This document shows, piece by piece, positions 1-10,600 of a stretch of 64,000 bases of DNA. This stretch comes from the human T2T-CHM13v2.0 reference genome, Homo sapiens. Below the pieces are notes generated by a model. The model ran no database searches, was not told where the DNA came from, and was given only the letters and a program-made list of their open reading frames with translations. Location: NCBI RefSeq assembly GCF_009914755.1, contig NC_060925.1; one strand, given 5' to 3'. The stretch's first letter is position 1. Every line of letters begins with the position of its first letter. A program made the position numbers and the translations under genes.

Positions 1-847
1 GGTCTCGAATGGAATCATCTTCAAATGGAATGGAATGGAATCATCGCATAGAATCGAATGGAATTATCATCGAATGGAATGGAATGGAATCAACATCAAA
101 CGGAAAAAAACGGAATTATCGAATGGAATCGAAGAGAATCATCGAATGGACCCGAATGGAATCATCTAATGGAATGGAATGGAATAATCCATGGACTCGA
201 ATGCAATCATCATCGAATGGAATCGAATGGAATCATCGAATGGACTCGAATGGAATAATCATTGAACGGAATCGAATGGAATCGTCATCGGATGGAAATG
301 AATGGAATCATCATCGAATGGAATCGAATAGAATTATGGAATGAAATCCAGTGTGATCATCATCGAATGGACCCGAATGGAATCATCATCCAACGGAAGC
401 TAACGGAATCAACATCGAATGAATCGAATGGAAACACCATCGAATTGAAACGAATGGAATTACCATGAAATTGAAATGGATGGACTCGTCATCGAATGGA
501 TTCGAATGGAATCATCGAATAAAATTGATTGAAATCATCATCGAATGGTATCGAATGGTATCATTGAATGGAATCGAATGGAATCATCCTCAGATGGAAA
601 TGAATGGAATCGTCATAGAATGGAATCGAATGGATTCATTGAATGGAATCAGATGGAATCATCGAATGGACTGGAATGGAATCATTGAATGGACTCGAAA
701 GGGATCATTATTGAATGGAATTGAATGGAATCATCGAATGGTCCCGATTGGAATCATTATCAAATGGAATCGAATGGAATCACCGAATAGAATCGAATGG
801 AACAATCATCGAATGGACTCCAATGGAATTATCCTCAAATGGAATCG

Positions 848-893
848 AATGGAATTATCGAATGCAATCGAATGGAATTATCGAATGCAATCG
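848..893 (+). repeat. 23-bp direct repeat x2 inside module B (AATGGAATTATCGAATGCAATCG)
   Basis: Two exact adjacent copies at 848-870 and 871-893. It is present at the same position in essentially every B module. Confidence 0.9.
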
Positions 894-1297
894 AATGGAA
901 TCATCGAATGGACTCGAATGGAATCATCGAATGGAATGGAATGGAACAGTCAATGAACTCGAATGGAATCATCATTGAATGGAATCGAATGGAATCATCG
1001 AGTGGAATCGAATGGAATTATGATCAAATGGAATCGAATGTAATCATCATCAAATGGAATCAAAAATAACCATCATCAATTGGTATTGAATGGAATTCTC
1101 ATCAAATGGAATTCAAAGGAATCATCATCAAATGGAACTGAATGGAATCCTCATTGAATGGAAATGAAAGGGGTCATCATCTAATGGAATCGCATGGAAT
1201 CATCATCAAATGGAATCGAATGGAATCATCATCAAATGGAATCTGATGGAATCATTGAACAGAATTGAATGGAATCGTCATCGAATGAATTGAATGC

Positions 1298-1589
1298 AAT
1301 CATCGAATGGTCTCGAATGTAATCACATTCTAATGGAAAGGAATGGAATCATCGCATAGAATCGAATGGAATTAACATTGAATGGACTCGAATGGAATCA
1401 ACATCAAACGGAATCAAGCGGAATTATCGAATGGAATCGAAGAGAATCATCGAATGGTCTCGAATGGAATCATCTTCTAATGGAAAGGAATGGAATCATC
1501 TCAGAATCGAATGGAATTAACATTGAATGGACTCGAATGGAATCAACATCAAATGCAATCAAGCGGAATTATCGAATGAAATCGAAGAG
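1298..1589 (+). repeat. 147-bp internal tandem duplication in an A module (second copy 145 bp)
   Basis: AATCATCGAATGGTCTCGAATG occurs at 1298 and 1445. The A-to-A spacing is 613 bp instead of 468 bp. Confidence 0.9.
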
Positions 1590-3076
1590 AATCATCGAAT
1601 GGACTCGAATGGAATCATCTAATGGAATGGAATGGAATAATCCACGGACTCGAATGCAATCATCATCGTATAGAATCGAATGGAATCATCGAAAGGACTC
1701 GAATGGAATAACCATTGAACGGAATCGAATGGAATCATCATCGGATGGAAACGAATGGAATCATCATCGAATGGAAATGAAAGGAGTCATCATCTAATGG
1801 AATTGCATGGAATCATCATCAAATGGAATCGAATGGAATCATCATCAAATGGAATCAAATGGAATCATTGAACGGAATTGAATGGAATCGTCATCGAATG
1901 AATTGAATGCAATCATCGAATGGTCTCGAATGGAATCATCTTCAAATGGAATGGAATGGAATCATCGCATAGAATCTAATGGAATTATCATCGAATGGAA
2001 TCGAATGGTATCAACATCAAACGGAAAAAAACGGAATTATCGAATGGAATCGAAGAGAATCTTCGAACGGGCCCGAATGGAATCATCTAATGGAATGGAA
2101 TGGAATAATCCATGGACTCGAATGCAATCATCATCGAATGGAATCGAATGGAATCATTGAATGGACTCGAATGGAATAATCATTGAACGGAATCGAATGG
2201 AATCATCATCGGATGGAAATGAATGCAATCATCATCGAATGGAATCGAATAGAATTATGGAATGAAATCCAGTGTGATCATCATCGAATGGACCCGAATG
2301 GAATCATCATCCAACGGAAGCTAATGGAATCAACATCGAATGAATCGAATGGAAACACCATCGAATTGAAACGAATGGAATTATCATGAAATTGAAATGG
2401 ATGGACTCATCATCGAATGGATTCGAATGGAATCATCGAATAAAATTGATTGAAATCATCATCGAATGGAATCGAATGGTATCATTGAATGGAATCGAAT
2501 GGAATCATCATCAGATGGAAATGAATGGAATCGTCATAGAATGGAATCGAATGGATTCATTGAATGGAATCAGATGGAATCATCGAATGGACTGGAATGG
2601 AATCATTGAATGGACTCGAAAGGGATCATTATTGAATGGAATTGAATGGAATCATCGAATGGTCTCGATTGGAATCATTATCAAATGGAATCGAATGGAA
2701 TCACCGAATAGAATCGAATGGAACAATCATCGAATGGACTCAAATGGAATTACCCTCAAATGGAATCGAATGGAATTATCGAATGCAATCGAATGGAATT
2801 ATCGAATGCAATCAAATAGAATCATCGAATGGACTCGAATGGAATCATCAAATGGAATGGAATGGAACAGTCAATGAACTCGAATGGAATCATCATTGAA
2901 TGGAATCGAATGGAATCATCGAGTAGAACCGAATGTAATCATCATCAAATGGAATCAAAAATAACCATCATCAAATGGAATCAAAAATAACCATCATCAA
3001 TTGGTATTGAATGGAATTCTCATCAAATGGAATTCAAAGGAATCATCATCAAATGGAACCGAATGGAATCCTCATT

Positions 3077-5390
3077 GAATGGAAATGAAAGGGGTCATCA
3101 TCTAATGGAATCGCATGGAATCATCATCAAATGGAATCGAATGGAATCATCATCAAATGGAATCTAATGGAATCACTGAAAAGAATTGAATGGAATCGTC
3201 ATCGAATGAATTGAATGCAATCATCGAATGGTCTCGAATGGAATCATCTTCTAATGGAAAGGAATGGAATCATCGCATAGAATCGAATGGAATTATCATC
3301 GAATGGAATCGAATGGTATCAACACCAAACGGAAAAAAACGGAATTATCGAATGGAATCGAAGAGAATCTTCGAACGGACCCGAATGGAATCATCTAATG
3401 GAATGGAATGGAATAATCCATGGACTCGAATGCAATCATCATCGAATGGAATCGAATGGAATCATCGAATGGACTCGAATGGAATAATCATTGAACGGAA
3501 TCGAATGGAATCATCATCGCATGGAAACGAATGGAATCATCATCGAATGGAAATGAAAGGAGTCATCATCTAATGGAATTGCATGGAATCATCATCAAAT
3601 GGAATCGAATGGAATCAACATCAAATGGAATCAAATGGAATCATTGAACGGAATTGAATGGAATCGTCATCGAATGAATTGAATGCAATCATCGAATGGT
3701 CTCGAATGGAATCATCTTCAAATGGAATGGAATGGAATCATCGCATAGAATCGAATGGAATTATCATCGAATGGAATCGAATGGAATCAACATCAAACGG
3801 AAAAAAACGGAATTATCGAATGGAATCGAAGAGAATCATCGAATGGACCCGAATGGAATCATCTAATGGAATGGAATGGAATAATCCATGGACTCGAATA
3901 CAATCATCATCGAATGGAATCGAATGGAATCAACGAATGGACTCGAATGGAATAATCATTGAACGGAATCGAATGGAATCATCATCGGATGGAAACGAAT
4001 GGAATCATCATCGAATGGAAATGAAAGGAGTCATCATCTAATGGAATTGCATGGAATCATCATAAAATGGAATCGAATGGAATCAACATCAAATGGAATC
4101 AAATGGAATCATTGAACGGAATTGAATGGAATCGTCATCGAATGAATTGAATGCAATCATCGAATGGTCTCGAATGGAATCATCTTCAAATGGAATGGAA
4201 TGGAATCATCGCATAGAATCGAATGGAATTATCATCGAATGGAATCGAATGGAATCAACATCAAACGGAAAAAAACGGAATTATCGAATGGAATCGAAGA
4301 GAATCATCGAATGGACCCGAATGGAATCATCTAATGGAATGGAATGGAATAATCCATGGACTCGAATGCAATCATCATCGAATGGAATCGAATGGAATCA
4401 TCGAATGGACTCGAATGGAATAATCATTGAACGGAATCGAATGGAATCATCATCGGATGGAAATGAAAGGAGTCATCATCTAATGGAATTGCATGGAATC
4501 ATCATAAAATGGAATCGAATGGAATCAACATCAAATGGAATCAAATGGAATCATTGAACGGAATTGAATGGAATCGTCATCGAATGAATTGAATGCAATC
4601 ATCGAATGGTCTCGAATGGAATCATCTTCAAATGGAATGGAATGGAATCATCGCATAGAATCGAATGGAATTATCATCGAATGGAATCGAAAGAAATCAA
4701 CATCAAACGGAAAAAAACGGAATTATCGAATGGAATCGAAGAGAATCATCGAATGGACCCGAATGGAATCATCTAATGGAATGGAATGGAATAATCCATG
4801 GACTCGAATGCAATCATCATCGAATGGAATCGAATGGAATCATCGAATGGACTCGAATGGAATAATCATTGAACGGAATCGAATGGAATCATCATCGGAT
4901 GGAAACGAATGGAATCATCATCGAATGGAAATGAAAGGAGTCATCATCTAATGGAATTGCATGGAATCATCATAAAATGGAATCGAATGGAATCAACATC
5001 AAATGGAATCAAATGGAATCATTGAACGGAATTGAATGGAATCGTCATCGAATGAATTGAATGCAATCATCGAATGGTCTCGAATGGAATCATCTTCAAA
5101 TGGAATGGAATGGAATCATCGCATAGAATCGAATGGAATTATCATCGAATGGAATCGAATGGAATCAACATCAAACGGAAAAAAACGGAATTATCGAATG
5201 GAATCGAAGAGAATCATCGAATGGACCCGAATGGAATCATCTAATGGAATGGAATGGAATAATCCATGGACTCGAATGGAATCATCATCGAATGGAATCG
5301 AATGGAATCATCGAATGGACTCGAATGGAATAATCATTGAACGGAATCGAATGGAATCGTCATCGGATGGAAATGAATGGAATCATCATC
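3077..5390 (+). repeat. Run of five tandem A modules (longest in the window), one carrying a 26-bp deletion
   Basis: A register points at 3190, 3658, 4126, 4568 and 5036 (spacings 468, 468, 442, 468). Confidence 0.92.
3545..4012 (+). repeat. Representative 468-bp module A (about 77 copies in the window)
   Basis: MESSSNELN ORF starts recur at 468-bp spacing (3190, 3658, 4126; 4568, 5036). The module runs from GAATGGAAATGAAAGG[A/G]GTC to the next occurrence. Landmarks are TGAATTGAATGC, CGCATAG, AAACGGAAAAAAACGG, GAAGAG and ATAATCCATGG. Confidence 0.93.
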
Positions 5391-6230
5391 GAATGGAATC
5401 GAATAGAATTATGGAATGAAATCCAGTGTGATCATCATCGAATGGACCCGAATGGAATCATCATCCAACGGAAGCTAATGGAATCAACATCGAATGAATC
5501 GAATGGAAACACCATCGAATTGAAACGAATGGAATTACCATGAAATTGAAATGGATGGACTCATCATCGAATGGATTCGAATGGAATCATCGAATAAAAT
5601 TGATTGAAATCATCATCGAATGGTATCGAATGGTATCATTGAATGGAATCGAATGGAAACATCATCAGATGCAAATGAATGGAATCGTCATAGAATGGAA
5701 TCGAATGGATTCATTGAATGGAATCAGATGGAATCATCGAATGGACTGGAATGGAATCATTGAATGGACTCGAATGGGATCATTATTGAATGGAATTGAA
5801 TGGAATCATCGAATGGTCTCGATTGGAATCATTATCAAATGGAATCGAATGGAATCACCGAATAGAATCGAATGGAACAATCATCGAATGGACTCAAATG
5901 GAATTATCCTCAAATGGAATTGAATGGAATTATCGAATGCAATCGAATGGAATTATCGAATGCAATCGAATAGAATCATCGAATGGACTCGAATGGAATC
6001 ATCGAATGGAATGGAATGGAACAGTCAATGAACTCGAATGGAATCATCATTGAATGGAATCGAATGGAATCATCGAGTGGAATCGAATGGAATTATGATC
6101 AAATGGAATTGAATGTAATCATCATCAAATGGAATCAAGAATAAACATCATCAATTGGTATTGAATGGAATTCTCATCAAATGGAATTCAAAGGAATCAT
6201 CATCAAATGGAACTGAATGGAATCCTCATT
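5391..6230 (+). repeat. Representative 840-bp module B (34 copies, last one truncated by the window end)
   Basis: Landmarks are GAAATCCAGTGTG, CGGAAGCTAA, ATAAAATTGATTGAAATC, GAACAGTCAA, AAAAATAACC and GGAATTCAAAGG. The MKLK register point recurs at 465, 2386, 5540, 7316, 9091, 10866, 12174, 13482, 15257, 16565, 18340, 20115, 21423, 22731, 24972, 27215, 29924, 32167, 34407, 35715, 37956, 39732, 41039, 43257, 45501, 47277, 49932, 52618, 54541, 56316, 57624, 59400, 61654 and 63895. B starts about 149 bp before each point. Confidence 0.93.
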
Positions 6231-7699
6231 GAATGGAAATGAAAGGGGTCATCATCTAATGGAATCGCATGGAATCATCATCAAATGGAATCGAATGGAA
6301 TCATCATCAAATGGAATCTGATGGAATCATTGAACAGAATTGAATGGAATCGTCATCGAATGAAATGAATGCAATCATCGAATGGTCTCGAATGTAATCA
6401 CATTCTAATGGAAAGGAATGGAATCATCGCATAGAATCGAATGGAATTAACATTGAATGGACTCGAATGGAATCAACATCAAATGGAATCAAGCGGAATT
6501 ATCGAATGAAATCGAAGAGAATCATCGAATGGACTCGAATGGAATCATCTAATGGAATGGAATGGAATAATCCACGGACTCGAATGCAATCATCATCGTA
6601 TAGAATCGAATGGAATCATCGAAAGGACTCGAATGGAATAACCATTGAACGGAATCGAATGGAATCATCATCGGATGGAGACGAATGAAATCATCATCGA
6701 ATGGAAATGAAAGGAGTCATCATCTAATGGAATTGCATGGAATCATCATAAAATGGAATCGAATGGAATCATCATCAAATGGAATCAAATGGAATCATTG
6801 AACGGAATTGAATGGAATCGTCATCGAATGAATTGAATGCAATCATCGAATGGTCTCGAATTGAATCATCTTCAAATGGAATGGAATGGAATCATTGCAT
6901 AGAATCGAATGGAATTATCATCGAATGGAATCGAATGGTATCAACATCAAACGGAAAAAAACGGAATTATCGAATGGAATCAAAGAGAATCTTCGAACGG
7001 ACCCGAATGGAATCATCTAATGGAATGGAATGGAATAATCCATGGACTCGAATGCAATCATCATCGAATGGAATCGAATGGAATCATTGAAAGGACTCGT
7101 ATGGAATAATCATTGAACGGAATCGAATGGAATCATCATCGGATGGAAATGAATGGAATCATCATCGAATGGAATCGAATAGAATTATGGAATGAAATCC
7201 AGTGTGATCATCATCGAATGGACCCGAATGGAATCATCATCCAACGGAAGCTAATGGAATCAACATCCAATGAATCGAATGGAAACACAATCGAATTGAA
7301 ACGAATGGAATTATCATGAAATTGAAATGGATGGACTCATCATCGAATGGATTCGAATGGAATCATCGAATAAAATTGATTGAAATCATCATCGAATGGA
7401 ATCGAATGGTATCATTGAATGGAATCGAATGGAATCATCATCAGATGGAAATGAATGGAATCGTCATAGAATGGAATCGAATGGATTCATTGAATGGAAT
7501 CAGATGGAATCATCGAATGGACTGGAATGGAATCATTGAATGGACTCGAAAGGGATCATTATTGAATGGAATTGAATGGAATCATCGAATGGTCTCGATT
7601 GGAATCATTATCAAATGGAATCGAATGGAATCACCGAATAGAATCGAATGGAACAATCATCGAATGGACTCAAATGGAATTATCCTCAAATAGAATCGA

Positions 7700-10600
7700 A
7701 TGGAATTATCGAATGCAATCGAATGGAATTATCGAATGCAATCGAATAGAATCATCGAATGGACTCGAATGGAATCATCGAATGGAATGGAATGGAACAG
7801 TCAATAAACTCGAATGGAATCATCATTGAATGGAATCGAATGGAATCATCGAGTGGAATCGAATGGAATTATGATCAAATGGAATCGAATGTAATCATCA
7901 TCAAATGGAATCAAAAATAACCATCATCAATTGGTATTGAATGGAATTGTCATCAAATGGAATTCAAAGGAATCATCATCAAATGGAACCGAATGGAATC
8001 CTCATTGAATGGAAATGAAAGGGGTCATCATCTAATGGAATCGCATGGAATCATCATCAAATGGAATCGAATGGAATCATCATCAAATGGAATCTAATGG
8101 AATCATTGAAAGAATTGAATGGAATCATCATCGAATGAATTGAATGCAATCATCGAATGGTCTCGAATGGAATCATCTTCTAATGGAAAGGAATGGAATC
8201 ATCGCATAGAATCGAATGGAATTATCATCGAATGGAATCGAATGGTATCAACACCAAACGGAAAAAAACGGAATTATCGAATGGAATCGAAGAGAATCTT
8301 CGAACGGACCCGAATGGAATCATCTAATGGAATGGAATGGAATAATCCATGGACTCGAATGCAATCATCATCGAATGGAATCGAATGGAATCATCGAATG
8401 GACTCGAATGGAATAATCATTGAACGGAATCGAATGGAATCATCATCGGATGGAAACGAATGGAATCATCATCGAATGGAAATGAAAGGAGTCATCATCT
8501 AATGGAATTGCATGGAATCATCATCAAATGGAATCGAATGGAATCAACATCAAATGGAATCAAATGGAATCATTGAACGGAATTGAATGGAATCGTCATC
8601 GAATGAATTGAATGCAATCATCGAATGGTCTCGAATGGAATCATCTTCAAATGGAATGGAATGGAATCATCGCATAGAATCGAATGGAATTATCATCGAA
8701 TGGAATCGAATGGAATCAACATCAAACGGAAAAAAACGGAATTATCGAATGGAATCGAAGAGAATCATCGAATGGACCCGAATGGAATCATCTAATGGAA
8801 TGGAATGGAATAATCCATGGACTCGAATGCAATCATCATCAAATGGAATCGAATGGAATCATCGAATGGACTCGAATGGAATAATCATTGAACGGAATCG
8901 AATGGAATCATCATCGGATGGAAATGAATGGAATCATCATCGAATGGAATCGAATAGAATTATGGAATGAAATCCAGTGTGATCATCATCGAATGGACCC
9001 GAATGGAATCATCATCCAACGGAAGCTAATGGAATCAACATCGAATGAATCAAATGGAAACACCATCGAATTGAAACGAATGGAATTACCATGAAATTGA
9101 AATGGATGGACTCATCCTCAAATGGATTCGAGTGGAATCATCGAATAAAATTGATTGAAATCATCATCGAATGGAATCGAATGGTATCATTGAATGGAAT
9201 CGAATGGAATCATCATCAGATGGAAATGAAAGGAATCGTCATAGAATGGAATCGAATGGATTCATTGAATGGAATCAGATGGAATCATGGAATGGACTGG
9301 AATGGAATCATTGAATGGACTCGAAAGGGATCATGATTGAATGGAATTGAATGGAATCATCGAATGGTCTCGATTGGAATCATTATAAAATGGAATCGAA
9401 TGGAATCACCAAATAGAATCGAATGGAACAATCATCGAATGGACTCAAATGGAATTATCCTCAAATGGAATTGAATGGAATTATCGAATGCAATCGAATG
9501 GAATTATCGAATGCAATCGAATAGAATCATCGAATGGACTCGAATGGAATCATCGAATGGAATGGAATGGAACAGTCAATAAACTCGAATGGAATCATCA
9601 TTGAATGGAATCGAATGGAATCATCGAGTGGAATCGAATGGAATTATGATCAAATGGAATCGAATGTAATCATCATCAAATGGAATCAAAAATAACCATC
9701 ATCAATTGGTATTGAATGGAATTGTCATCAAATGGAATTCAAAGGAATCATCATCAAATGGAACCGAATGGAATCCTCATTGAATGGAAATGAAAGGGGT
9801 CATCATCTAATGGAATCGCATGGAATCATCATCAAATGGAATCGAATGGAATCATCATCAAATGGAATCTAATGGAATCATTGAAAGAATTGAATGGAAT
9901 CATCATCGAATGAATTGAATGCAATCATCGAATGGTCTCGAATGGAATCATCTTCTAATGGAAAGGAATGGAATCATCGCATAGAATCGAATGGAATTAT
10001 CATCGAATGGAATCGAATGGTATCAACACCAAACGGAAAAAAACGGAATTATTGAATGGAATCGAAGAGAATCTTCGAACGGACCCGAATGGAATCATCT
10101 AATGGAATGGAATGGAATAATCCATGGACTCGAATGCAATCATCATCGAATGGAATCGAATGGAATCATTGAATGGACTCGAATGGAATAATCATTGAAC
10201 GGAATCGAATGGAATCATCATCGGATGGAAACGAATGGAATCATCATCGAATGGAAATGAAAGGAGTCATCATCTAATGGAATTGCATGGAATCATCATC
10301 AAATGGAATCGAATGGAATCAACATCAAATGGAATCAAATGGAATCATTGAACGGAATTGAATGGAATCGTCATCGAATGAATTGAATGCAATCATCGAA
10401 TGGTCTCGAATGGAATCATCTTCAAATGGAATGGAATGGAATCATCGCATAGAATCGAATGGAATTATCATCGAATGGAATCGAATGGAATCAACATCAA
10501 ACGGAAAAAAACGGAATTATCGAATGGAATCGAAGAGAATCATCGAATGGACCCGAATGGAATCATCTAATGGAATGGAATGGAATAATCCATGGACTCG

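Noticed and set aside
520-537. AATAAA and TGATTGAAATCA quasi-palindrome in each B as a poly(A) signal or regulatory site
   Set aside because: These short motifs are expected to recur simply because the module is repeated. There is no transcript evidence or clear downstream GU-rich element.
2057-2067. GAATCTTCGAA as a heat-shock element
   Set aside because: It has only two inverted nGAAn units (GAAnnTTC), without a correctly spaced third. This is insufficient to call an HSF1 site.
3545-4012. 468 = 18 x 26 as evidence that A is 18 exact 26-mers
   Set aside because: A visibly mixes 23-bp, 26-bp and irregular subunits, so the divisibility may be coincidental.
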